DNA of 64,000 nucleotides. It comes from Solirubrobacteraceae bacterium. Its GTDB lineage: Bacteria; Actinomycetota; Thermoleophilia; Solirubrobacterales; Solirubrobacteraceae. A program made the translations under genes and the position numbers. The notes beneath the pieces were generated by a model. The model searched no databases, was not told where the DNA came from, and was given only the letters and a program-made list of their open reading frames with translations. Location: positions 3,604 to 67,603 of the forward strand of contig DASXMO010000145.1 of the NCBI GenBank assembly GCA_036495605.1, given 5' to 3'. The first letter of the stretch is position 1. Each line of letters starts with the position of its first letter. Positions 28,249 through 37,322 of this stretch are shown here, in pieces.

Positions 28249-29310
28249 CTAAGCCGCCGAGAGCGGCGAGAGAAGCAGCTCGACGAGCAGCGCCGGGTCC
28301 CGTCGCGTGCGCCTCGCAGAGCCGGCACCGTCGCCGACGCCGGTGCCGACGGGGCGCTTGGCAAGGTCGAGCTCGCCGGGATCGCCAAGCTTGCGCAGGC
28401 GGCCTTCGGCGATCAGGCGTTCATCCACAGCGCCCATACGCCCCTCGAACGTCGTATAGACAGGGGTGCCGAGCGCGACCGCCTCGCGATTCATCGTGCC
28501 GCCCGCGGAGATCACGAGGTCCGCGTGGGCGATCAGCGACTGAGCGTCGATCGCGTGGGGCGGTACGACGAAACCCGGGATCCTGCTCAGCTCGGCGCGC
28601 TGGGGGGCCGTGCGGGGGAGCACGACGACCTGCACCCCATCGCTGGCGGCCGCATCGCGGGCACGGGCGAGCACGTCCGCGAACAGGTCGTTGGCGAAGC
28701 GGTGATACAGCGAGACCTCCGGCGGGGTGCGGATCACGACGATCGAGCGCGCCGGCTCGAGTGCCAGCTCGGCGAGGATCGCTGGGTCGGGGGTGAAGTC
28801 GGCGAGGTAGTACTCCTCCTTCAGGCCCGCATAGGGGCGGATCTTGCCCCGCGCCCCGTACGGTTCGAGGCGCTCCGGCGGGATCGCGTCGGGGACGACG
28901 ACCGCTCGCGCGAGACGGCAGTTGACGTGGTGCTGAACGGACGCCCACTCGTAGTCGAACATCGTCGAGGAGGGGATCCGCAGCGTCGCGGCGGCGACGC
29001 TGACGTCGTTGGATCCGTGCCCGAGCGCGATGTCGAAACGCTTGCCGCCGGCCGCTCGCCCATCCGCAAGGGCCCAGCGCACGAGCGCGGTCGAGCGCGA
29101 TGCAAGACCTCCGAACTTGGCCGTCAGCCGCTCCCCGCGATGGCGCCCGATCGGCGTGTGTTCGATGCGCAGGCGTTCGCACAGCTCGATCGTCTGTGCG
29201 AAGTCGCGCGCGGTCACGCGCACGTCATGGCCGTCGGCCCGCAGGCGCTCGATCACCGGACGCATCACGAGCACGTGGGGGCTGTTCGTCAGATCTACCC
29301 AGACGCGCAT
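28249..29310 (-). CDS. DUF354 family GT-B-fold protein
   Basis: MRVWVDLTNSPHV, GLKEEYYL, VISAGGTMNREAVALGTP. Confidence 0.8.
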   Translation of the reverse strand: MRVWVDLTNSPHVLVMRPVIERLRADGHDVRVTARDFAQTIELCERLRIEHTPIGRHRGERLTAKFGGLASRSTALVRWALADGRAAGGKRFDIALGHGSNDVSVAAATLRIPSSTMFDYEWASVQHHVNCRLARAVVVPDAIPPERLEPYGARGKIRPYAGLKEEYYLADFTPDPAILAELALEPARSIVVIRTPPEVSLYHRFANDLFADVLARARDAAASDGVQVVVLPRTAPQRAELSRIPGFVVPPHAIDAQSLIAHADLVISAGGTMNREAVALGTPVYTTFEGRMGAVDERLIAEGRLRKLGDPGELDLAKRPVGTGVGDGAGSARRTRRDPALLVELLLSPLSAA

Positions 29311-29468
29311 GTCAGGGACGGTAACGGTCGGCGCCGCGTCGGCCGCGCGCGGTAGGCGCGCCCGTTCACTTGTCGATCCATGCGACGACGCGAGCCTGCC
29401 CGGTCCGGATTGCGAACGGAACCTGCCGAGCCACACCATCCGCCTCGCAGGTATCGTTGGGCCGGCGG

Positions 29469-30149
29469 ATGCTGGTACTTGCCTCGATCTCCGAAACGCT
29501 GGTCAACGAAACGTCGAGCTTCGTGCGCGAAGCCGGCCTGCCCGGCGTCTTCGCGCTGATGGCGCTCTCGAGCGCCTGCATTCCGATCCCCTCCGAGGTC
29601 GTGATGCTGTTCGCCGGCTTCGCCGTCGCCGATCCCACCCAGAGCGCCTCCCAGCACCACATGACGATGACCGGCGTGATCCTCGCGGGCCTGCTCGGGA
29701 CGATGGTCGGCTCCTGGATCACCTACGGAATCGGGCGCGGCGGGCGACTGGAGCTGTTCGAACGCCACGGCGACAAGGTGCACATGGGACCCGCGCAGAT
29801 CGAACGCGCGGACCGCTGGTTTCAGCGCTACGGCGAGCCGGCGGTGCTGTTCGGACGGGTGATCCCGCTGGTCAGGGCGTTCGTGTCGCTGCCGGCGGGC
29901 ATCGCGAAGATGCCGTTCGGGCGCTTCACGCTGCTGTCGCTGATCGGCACGATCCCGTGGGTGGTCGCGCTCGCGTTCGCCGGACACGCGCTCGGCAGCG
30001 ACTGGACGAGCGTGCGCAAGGGCTTCGAGTACGTCGACTACGCGATCGTCGTGATCGTCGTGATCGGGATCGTCTACGCGATCGTGCGCCGGCGGCGGCG
30101 TGGTCCCGCGGACGGGGGCACCGATGCGCCCGTCGCCGACGCGGGCTGA
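29469..30149 (+). CDS. DedA family membrane protein
   Basis: IPIPSEVVMLFAG, WFQRYG, GRVIPLVRAFVSLPAG. Confidence 0.88.
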   Translation: MLVLASISETLVNETSSFVREAGLPGVFALMALSSACIPIPSEVVMLFAGFAVADPTQSASQHHMTMTGVILAGLLGTMVGSWITYGIGRGGRLELFERHGDKVHMGPAQIERADRWFQRYGEPAVLFGRVIPLVRAFVSLPAGIAKMPFGRFTLLSLIGTIPWVVALAFAGHALGSDWTSVRKGFEYVDYAIVVIVVIGIVYAIVRRRRRGPADGGTDAPVADAG

Positions 30150-30156
30150 GCGGACG

Positions 30157-31077
30157 ATGCCGCTTCTGCGGCGGCGCCCTTCTTGCCCAAGGGAGGGACG
30201 GCGTCGGGCCATCGCTCGTGCCGGCGCCGGGCGGGCAGGGGGGGGGATATCGCTGGGCCAAGCGGCCGCGCTGGGCGGCTTGCAGGGACCGACCGAGCTG
30301 CTGCCGGTCTCCTCCTCGGCGCACACGACCTTGGTGCCGTGGCTCGCGGGCTGGTCCTATCCCGAGCTCGACCCCGAGCTGCGCAAGTCCTTCGAGGTCG
30401 CCCTGCACGCCGGAGCCGCGGCGGCGCTGGCGCTCGACATGCGCGCCGAGCTGATCGGCTCCGCGCGCGGGCTCGGCCCCCGCCGGATCGCCGTGGTCGC
30501 ACTCTCACTGGCGCCGCCGGCGCTCGCGGGCTACACGCTGGAGCGCACCATCGAGCGCCGCCTCGGAGGACCGCGCTCGATCGTCGCGGGACTGCTCGCG
30601 GGCGCCGTGGCCATGGCGGTGGCCGATACGCGAGCGGGGAATGGGGAGCGAGCCGAGCGCGATGCCGGGCCGCGGGACGGGCTCGCGCTCGGGCTCGCAC
30701 AGGCCGCGGCGCTGATCCCCGGCATCTCGCGCAACGGAGCGACGCTCACGGCCGCCCGTGCCCGCGGCTTCGCGCGCGAGGACGCGCAGACGCTCTCCTG
30801 GCACGCGGGCTTGCCGGTGATCTTCGGCGCGAGCCTGTTGAAGATTTGGCGGCTGCGGCGGGCTTGGCGGCTACGGCAGGGAGGCGCCGCGGATGCAGCC
30901 GCGGCGGCGCTCGCGGTGGGCGCCGGAACCGCCTTCCTCTCCACAGCGCTGAGCGCAAGGTTGCTGCGCCGCCCGCGCGTGAGCGCCCGATCGCTGCTGC
31001 CCTACGCGGTCTACCGCTGCACGATCGCGGCCATCGCCCTGCTACGCCTGCGCAGGAAGCAGAATATGTGCAAATGA
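30157..31077 (+). CDS. uppP: Undecaprenyl-diphosphate phosphatase (BacA/UppP)
   Basis: QGPTELLPVSSSAH and AALIPGISRNGAT motifs. Confidence 0.82.
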   Translation: MPLLRRRPSCPREGRRRAIARAGAGRAGGGISLGQAAALGGLQGPTELLPVSSSAHTTLVPWLAGWSYPELDPELRKSFEVALHAGAAAALALDMRAELIGSARGLGPRRIAVVALSLAPPALAGYTLERTIERRLGGPRSIVAGLLAGAVAMAVADTRAGNGERAERDAGPRDGLALGLAQAAALIPGISRNGATLTAARARGFAREDAQTLSWHAGLPVIFGASLLKIWRLRRAWRLRQGGAADAAAAALAVGAGTAFLSTALSARLLRRPRVSARSLLPYAVYRCTIAAIALLRLRRKQNMCK

Positions 31078-31096
31078 GACCGGCGGTGCAAGCCTC

Positions 31097-32659
31097 GTGA
31101 CACGATCCCCGCTCGGCACGCTGCTCGCGGGGCGCTATCGCCTCGACGCCGAGATCGGGCGCGGAGGGATGTCGACCGTCTACCGCGCGTTCGACACCGT
31201 GCTCGAACGTCCGGTCGCGATCAAGCTGATGCACCGCGAGATCGCGACCGACTCCGATCAGCTGGAGCGTTTTCGTCGCGAGGCGCGCGCGGTCGCACAG
31301 CTCAACCACCCGCACATCGTGACGGTCATCGACGCCGGCGAGGAGCCCTCCGAGCATGACGAGAGCACCGGCGGGCCCAACCCGGAGTCGGAGGTCGGCA
31401 CGCCCTACATCGTGCTCGAGTACGTCGGCGGCGAGACGCTGAAGGCGCTCATCCGCCGCGAGGGGCCGCTGCAGATAACCCAGGCGGTCGCCTATGCGAT
31501 CGAGATCGCGCGCGCCCTGGGGGCAGCGCACGAGCGTTTGATCGTGCACCGCGATGTGAAGCCCCAGAACGTGCTGATCTCAAGCGAGGGTTCGGCCAAG
31601 ATCACCGACTTCGGGATCGCGCGAACGCTCACGGAGGAGGGCCTGACGATGGACGGGCGGGTGCTCGGCACGACCGACTACGTCTCACCCGAGCAGGCCC
31701 TCGGCCAACCCGTCACGGGGCAGTCCGACCTGTACTCGCTGGGGGTCGTGCTGTACGAGATGCTGACCGGGAGCGTCCCCTTCAGTGGCGAGACGCCGGT
31801 GGCCGTGGCGATGCGCCACGTCCGTGAGCAGGTTCCCGACGTGCAGTCCTCGCGCCCGGAAGTCTCCGCCGCGACCGCCGCGGTGGTCGAACGAGCGACC
31901 GCAACCGATCTCGCCGAGCGCTATCCCGACGCGGCCAGCATGGTCACCGACCTCGAGGAAGCGCTGGCGCTCGAGACGTCCCGCTCCGGACAGGCGACAG
32001 GCGAGGTCACGAGCGTGCTGCGTACCCTGCCGCGACGCTCGCGCCGAAGATTGCCCTGGCGGATGCGCCATCCCTGGCGGTGGGCGGCATCGCTGGCGCT
32101 GCTCGCCGCGGCGATCGCGCTCGTACTGGTCCTCGTCGCCGGTCACACCCACAGCGGGGTCGAGCCCAACGTCTCCTCCAAGCACGGTCAGCAGCCGGTC
32201 CAGCTCAGTCAGACAGCCGCCCACGACTACAACCCCTTCGGCACCGGCCCCGAACACCCCACGCAGGTCTCGAACATCATCGACGGCGACCCCAACACGA
32301 CCTGGAGCACAGAGCACTACGTCGAAGGGACCCTCGCCGGGAAGCCCGGCATCGGCATTTATGTGGATGCCGCTCCGGGGGTGCGGGCGACCGCGATCGA
32401 GCTGCAGACACCCACGCCAGGCTTCACCGCGGCCATCTACGCCGCCAACAATTTTCAGCAGCTGCCCTATGGAGACACGACGCCGCTGACCCAGCGCGGA
32501 TGGAGCCAGGTCGCCGCTGCACGCACGACCGCGGCGCACACCACGATCCCGTTGAGCGATCCGGCCAACGCCCGCTACCGCTACTACCTGATTTGGATCA
32601 CCAAGCTCCCGCCTTCCAGCGAAGTGGCTGAAATCGCTGAGGCGACGCTGTTTACGTGA
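31097..32659 (+). CDS. Transmembrane Ser/Thr protein kinase with an extracellular discoidin-like domain
   Basis: IGRGGMSTVY, VAIK, HRDVKPQN, DFGIAR; TM helix; IIDGDPNTTW C-terminal domain. Confidence 0.88.
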   Translation: MTRSPLGTLLAGRYRLDAEIGRGGMSTVYRAFDTVLERPVAIKLMHREIATDSDQLERFRREARAVAQLNHPHIVTVIDAGEEPSEHDESTGGPNPESEVGTPYIVLEYVGGETLKALIRREGPLQITQAVAYAIEIARALGAAHERLIVHRDVKPQNVLISSEGSAKITDFGIARTLTEEGLTMDGRVLGTTDYVSPEQALGQPVTGQSDLYSLGVVLYEMLTGSVPFSGETPVAVAMRHVREQVPDVQSSRPEVSAATAAVVERATATDLAERYPDAASMVTDLEEALALETSRSGQATGEVTSVLRTLPRRSRRRLPWRMRHPWRWAASLALLAAAIALVLVLVAGHTHSGVEPNVSSKHGQQPVQLSQTAAHDYNPFGTGPEHPTQVSNIIDGDPNTTWSTEHYVEGTLAGKPGIGIYVDAAPGVRATAIELQTPTPGFTAAIYAANNFQQLPYGDTTPLTQRGWSQVAAARTTAAHTTIPLSDPANARYRYYLIWITKLPPSSEVAEIAEATLFT

Positions 32660-32660
32660 C

Positions 32661-32701
32661 GATGTCGGGTGCGACTAGATGTCGGGTGCGACTCGCACCC
32701 G
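32661..32701 (+). repeat. Tandem 16-bp direct repeat ending in a hairpin
   Basis: GATGTCGGGTGCGACT occurs twice (period 17); CGGGTGCG-act-CGCACCCG hairpin. Confidence 0.7.
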
Positions 32702-32762
32702 CCGCGAGGGCGAGCTTGGGACCTATCCCGTCGGTCCCGCGCACTCCAATCGGGACAGATCT

Positions 32763-33860
32763 TCAGTGCGCACGTGCTTCTCGCTGCGAATGGCGCTCGA
32801 TCGCCAACCGGCAGAGCCGGTTGAGCAGCTCGGCGTAAGGGATCCCCGAGGCCTCCATCAACTTCGCGTAGACGCTCGTGGGGGTGAAGCCGGGCATGGT
32901 GTTGAGCTCGTTGACGAGCACCGACTCGCCGTCCACGAAGAAGTCCACGCGCGCCAACCCCTCACACCCGACTTCGGCGAACGTCTCGATGGCGAGCTCC
33001 TGCACACGCGCCCGTGCCGTCGCCGAAATACGGGCGGGGACTACCAGCTCCATCCCACCGGGGGTGTACTTGGCCTCGTAGTCGTAGAACTCGCCCGGAA
33101 ATACGATCTCGCCGGGCTCTGAGGCCAGCGCGGGCAGGCCACCCGCGGCTTCGCGCTCGGCGCCGCGCAGCCCGAGGACACCGCACTCGACCTCGACGCC
33201 CGGCGCCATCGCCTCGATGATGACCAGCTCGTCGTGGGCATAGGCCTGTTCAAGCGCGTCGGTTAGGAGCGCGGAGTCAGCGACCCGGACGATCCCGACG
33301 GAGGAGCCGAGGTGGGCGGGCTTGACGAACACCGGCAATCCCAGCTCGGCGACCTTCTCCAGCACCCGCACAGGTTCGGCCCGCCAGCGCGCCTCGCGCA
33401 CGCCGACGTAGTCGACTTGGGGAACGACATGAGAGCCCCCGGAAAGCAGGCGCTTGAACAGCACCTTGTCCATGCAGGCCGCCGACGCGGCGACCCCTGC
33501 GCCGACGTAGGCGACGTCGAGTGTCTCGAGCATCCCCTGGACGGTCCCGTCCTCGCCGAACGGACCGTGCAGCGCCGGGAACACGACATCGACTCCGAGC
33601 AGCCCCTCGCCGGGATGCGCGCTCACTGTCTCCCCGTCACGACGCCAGGTGCCGTCGCGGGCGATCTCGATCGAGACGACCTCATGTCCGGCCGCAAGCA
33701 ATCCCTCACGGATCGCGGTCCCGGAGGCCAGGGAGACGTCGTGCTCGGAGGAGCGCCCACCGCTGAGCACCGCCACTGTCAGTGTGTCCGCCGGATCGCC
33801 GGAGGCCCCCCTGTCCGTGGTCGTGGCGGGGGAAGAGGGGGAAGGGGAGGGATCGCTCAT
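32763..33860 (-). CDS. ddl: D-alanine--D-alanine ligase
   Basis: GGRSSEHDVS, LHGPFGEDGTVQG, KPAHLGSSVG, ARVDFF, NELNTMPGFT. Confidence 0.92.
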   Translation of the reverse strand: MSDPSPSPSSPATTTDRGASGDPADTLTVAVLSGGRSSEHDVSLASGTAIREGLLAAGHEVVSIEIARDGTWRRDGETVSAHPGEGLLGVDVVFPALHGPFGEDGTVQGMLETLDVAYVGAGVAASAACMDKVLFKRLLSGGSHVVPQVDYVGVREARWRAEPVRVLEKVAELGLPVFVKPAHLGSSVGIVRVADSALLTDALEQAYAHDELVIIEAMAPGVEVECGVLGLRGAEREAAGGLPALASEPGEIVFPGEFYDYEAKYTPGGMELVVPARISATARARVQELAIETFAEVGCEGLARVDFFVDGESVLVNELNTMPGFTPTSVYAKLMEASGIPYAELLNRLCRLAIERHSQREARAH

Positions 33861-33864
33861 CGAA

Positions 33865-35838
33865 TCACCCGCTAGCGGCCGGTGGCGTCGGGGTGGCGGG
33901 GGTGCTCGGGGTGGTGGTCGTGGGCGTGGTCTGCGGACCGAGCGTGCCGACGGCGATCGTCACCGTGGCGCCCTTGCGCGCCTTCTTGGGAGCAGCCGGG
34001 CTCTGCCTCAAAACGATGCCCACCTGCCCGGCTTCGGTCGTCGTCTGGGTCACCGCCTGGGGCGTGAACCCGGCGCGTCCGAGTTCGGCGGAGGCCTGCG
34101 CCTCGTTCTTGCCGAGAACGTTCGGGACGGGAGTTTCGGTGGGAGCCTGCGCCACCACAAAGTTCACAGTGCCGCCCGCCGGGAGCGAGGCGCCGGCCGC
34201 AGGGGACTGTTCGAGCACGGTCCCGGGCGCCTGTTCGGTCGAGGTCTGCTGCGTGACCGTTCCGCCCGTGAGTTTCGCGTTCGTCAGTGTCGCTTCGGCG
34301 GCTGCACGCGATTGGCCGACCAGATCGGGGACGGTGGTCTGTGCGGGACCGCTCGAGACGAGGATCGTGACGGCGCTGCCCGCCTGTGCCTCGGTGCCCG
34401 CAGAGGGGTTGGTCGAGATCACACGTCCGCTGGCCACTGTCGCGCTGGACTGCTTTTCGGTGCTCGGTTTGAACCCGGCTTCCTTGAGCTTGGCGGTGGC
34501 CTGTGACGCGGTGAGTCCGGCGACGTCGGGCAGCGGCGAACTGCCCGGTCCGGTCGAGACCGCGATCGTCACGCGCGCGCCTTTGCCGACGACGCTGCCG
34601 GCCGGGGGCGTCTCGCTGATGACGACACCGTCGGCGACGGTGGAGCTCGCGGTCAGCGCCGGAACCGGAACCAGGCCGGCATGACGCAGCGCGGCGGCGG
34701 CGACCGCTTCGCTCTGTCCCGCCACGTTCGGCACGGTCACATCTGCACCTGAAGACGGGCGCGTCAGCGCCAGCACCAACACGAGCGCGATGATCGCCGC
34801 TGCCGCCACACCCGCGAGCGCCAGCAGCAGGTTGCGCCTCCTCCTGGCGGCCCGCTCGTCCTCATCCTCGAGCAGCTCGCCGGGGTCGGGGGGCAACAGC
34901 AGCGCGGCCGGGGGCACACCGGTGGACAGTGCCGCGCCGGTGGGCACGACGCGCGTGGCGGTACCGTCTGCCGCGGGCGGCGGCGTGGCGAAGATGGCGG
35001 TCGCGGCGCCCGCCGGCAGTCGCTCGCGCGCGGCGCTCAGCGCGGCGATGAACTGCTCGGCGCTCGCGTAGCGCGCCGCCGGGTCCTTGGCAAGCGCGCG
35101 CAGCACGATCTCATCAAGCACCGCCGGCACCGCGGGATTGGCGGCGCTCGGGGCGGGCGGTGGCGCCGAGACCTGCTTGAAGGCGATCGCGACCGCCGTG
35201 TCCCCATCGAAGGGGACGGCTCCGGTGAGCAGCTCGTAGAGGATCACCCCGACCGCGTACAGATCCGAGGTCGCGCTGACGGCGTGGCCCTGGGCCTGCT
35301 CGGGAGATAGGTACTGAGCCGTGCCCATGATCGAGCCGGTCATCGTCATCTCCGAGGCGCCGGCCTGTGCGATCCCGAAGTCGGTCACGCGCGCGCGGCC
35401 CTCCTCGTCGAGGATCACGTTGTGCGGCTTCAGGTCGCGGTGGATCACCCCGCGCGCGTGTGCGAAGCGCGCGGCCTGCAGGATCTGCGTGACGATGTCG
35501 ATCGCGACCACCGGGTCGAGCGGGCCCTGTTCGCGCACGAGCTCCTTCAGCGAGCGGCCGGGTACGTACTCCATCGCGATGTAGTAGGTCCCGTCCCACT
35601 CGCCGCGGTCGAAGATCGCGACGATGTTCGGGTGCGAGAGCCCGGCGGCGCTCGAAGCCTCGCGTCGAAAACGCTCGACGAACTCCTGGTCCTCGGCGAA
35701 GTGATGGTGCAGGACCTTGACCGCGAGGCTGCGCCCGAGCAGCTGATCTTCGGCGAGGTACACGTCAGCCATCCCTCCGGACCCGAGGCGCGAGATCACG
35801 CGGTAACGGCCGTCGACGATCGTGTCCGGCTCAACCAT
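33865..35838 (-). CDS. pknB: PASTA-domain Ser/Thr kinase (PknB/Stk1)
   Basis: GSGGMADVY, HRDLKPHN, GTAQYLSPEQA; TM helix; four PASTA-like repeats. Confidence 0.9.
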   Translation of the reverse strand: MVEPDTIVDGRYRVISRLGSGGMADVYLAEDQLLGRSLAVKVLHHHFAEDQEFVERFRREASSAAGLSHPNIVAIFDRGEWDGTYYIAMEYVPGRSLKELVREQGPLDPVVAIDIVTQILQAARFAHARGVIHRDLKPHNVILDEEGRARVTDFGIAQAGASEMTMTGSIMGTAQYLSPEQAQGHAVSATSDLYAVGVILYELLTGAVPFDGDTAVAIAFKQVSAPPPAPSAANPAVPAVLDEIVLRALAKDPAARYASAEQFIAALSAARERLPAGAATAIFATPPPAADGTATRVVPTGAALSTGVPPAALLLPPDPGELLEDEDERAARRRRNLLLALAGVAAAAIIALVLVLALTRPSSGADVTVPNVAGQSEAVAAAALRHAGLVPVPALTASSTVADGVVISETPPAGSVVGKGARVTIAVSTGPGSSPLPDVAGLTASQATAKLKEAGFKPSTEKQSSATVASGRVISTNPSAGTEAQAGSAVTILVSSGPAQTTVPDLVGQSRAAAEATLTNAKLTGGTVTQQTSTEQAPGTVLEQSPAAGASLPAGGTVNFVVAQAPTETPVPNVLGKNEAQASAELGRAGFTPQAVTQTTTEAGQVGIVLRQSPAAPKKARKGATVTIAVGTLGPQTTPTTTTPSTPATPTPPAASG

Positions 35839-35882
35839 CGCTCGGCGCTCCCATGCGGGACTGAGCTTCTACGCGGGGCTCA

Positions 35883-37322
35883 TCAACCATGCAGCACCGT
35901 TTCCATGACCTGGCGCGCGACCGGCGCCGCGAACTCGGCGCCCTGACCGGGGACGTCCTGCAACGTCACTGCGATCGCCACGCGGGGATCCTGGGCCGGG
36001 GCGAAGGCGATGAACCAGACGTTGTTGACCGCCGCACCGATCTGCGTCTCGGCGGTCCCGGTCTTGCCCGCGACCCGCACGCCGGGTATCTGCGCGGCGG
36101 TGCCGGTGCCTTCGGTGACGACCGCTTCCATCATGCTCGTGAGCGAGGTCGCGGTCGAAGGTTTCATGACGACCGACTGGACGCGGGGGGAGACTTGCGA
36201 GACGGTGCTGCCTTCGGGGTCGACGATGCGCGCGGCCAGATGGGGAACCATCAGCCGTCCGCGGTTGGCGACGGCCGCCGCGACCTCTGCCATCTGCAAC
36301 GGCACGACCTGGAGTTTGTCCTGGCCGATACCCAGCCGTCCGACGTCGACGTAGCGGCTCGTGGGCGCGAGCAGGCGCTGGCCGAGGTACTCGCCGCTCA
36401 CCGACATCTGATCGCTGGGGTAGTCGAGCTGGGGCTTGCGGTCGAACCCGAAGCGGTTCATGTAGCGGGCGAGCGTCTGCTTGCCGAGGTGTTCGGCGAC
36501 CTGGGCATAGACGGTGTTGACCGATTTGACGAGCGCTTCGGTGAGCGTCAGCTGACCGAAGGACTCGTGTTCGTCGTTGGAGAGCGGCACGCCCGAGACG
36601 AGGATTCCGTCCTTACCGCTGAGGAGCGATTCGGGGGTGTACCGGCCGGTGTCGATCGCGGCGGTGGCCGTCACGACCTTGAACGTCGATCCCGGCGCGT
36701 AGCCGAACTGCGTCGCGCGGTTGACAAGAGGAGTCCCGAAGGAGTCCCGGGTGAGACGTTCGTAGGCGCTCGGCGAGCTCAGCTGGTTGGGGTCATAGCT
36801 CGGCGTCGATGCCATCACCTCGACGGCGCCGGTGCGCGGATCGAGCGCCACGACTGCGCCGCGATGTTCGCCCAGAGCGGAGATCGCCGTGCGCTGGGCG
36901 GCCGGGTCGAGCGTCGTGATCACTTCGTCTCCCTGCCGGCGCTTACCCTGCAGTTGGTCGAGGATCGCCTGCAGGTTCGTGGCGCTGGTTTCACCATCGA
37001 GCGCCGTGTTGCGGTAGCGCTCGATGCCCGATTGGCCGAGATCGGTGAACGAGTAGCCGACCGCCTGGGCGAACAGCGAGCCGGTCGGATAGGTTCGGTG
37101 ATAGGTGCCTTCGCGCCCGCGCACGCTGCGCGCCAGCACGGTCCCGTCGGAGGCCAGGATCTGCCCGCGCCGGATGCGTTCCTGCTGCAGCAGCGACCGC
37201 CGGTTCAGCGCGTTCTCGCGCAGCGCTCCAGCTTCGAAGATCGTCCAGCGCGAGGTGAAGGCGATGAGCAGCGCGAACAGCACCACCACGAGCCCATAGA
37301 GGCGGACGATCGGCTTATTCAC
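35883..37322 (-). CDS. pbpA: Class B penicillin-binding protein (PbpA)
   Basis: PGSTFK (SxxK), SVN (SxN), KTGTA motifs. Confidence 0.85.
   Translation of the reverse strand: MNKPIVRLYGLVVVLFALLIAFTSRWTIFEAGALRENALNRRSLLQQERIRRGQILASDGTVLARSVRGREGTYHRTYPTGSLFAQAVGYSFTDLGQSGIERYRNTALDGETSATNLQAILDQLQGKRRQGDEVITTLDPAAQRTAISALGEHRGAVVALDPRTGAVEVMASTPSYDPNQLSSPSAYERLTRDSFGTPLVNRATQFGYAPGSTFKVVTATAAIDTGRYTPESLLSGKDGILVSGVPLSNDEHESFGQLTLTEALVKSVNTVYAQVAEHLGKQTLARYMNRFGFDRKPQLDYPSDQMSVSGEYLGQRLLAPTSRYVDVGRLGIGQDKLQVVPLQMAEVAAAVANRGRLMVPHLAARIVDPEGSTVSQVSPRVQSVVMKPSTATSLTSMMEAVVTEGTGTAAQIPGVRVAGKTGTAETQIGAAVNNVWFIAFAPAQDPRVAIAVTLQDVPGQGAEFAAPVARQVMETVLHG

Noticed and set aside
23462-29355. Very long shadow ORFs (for example 23462..26062, 26434..29355, 19895..21790, 41651..43123)
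   Set aside because: Antisense or off-frame products of high GC opposite well-supported genes; no recognisable motifs.
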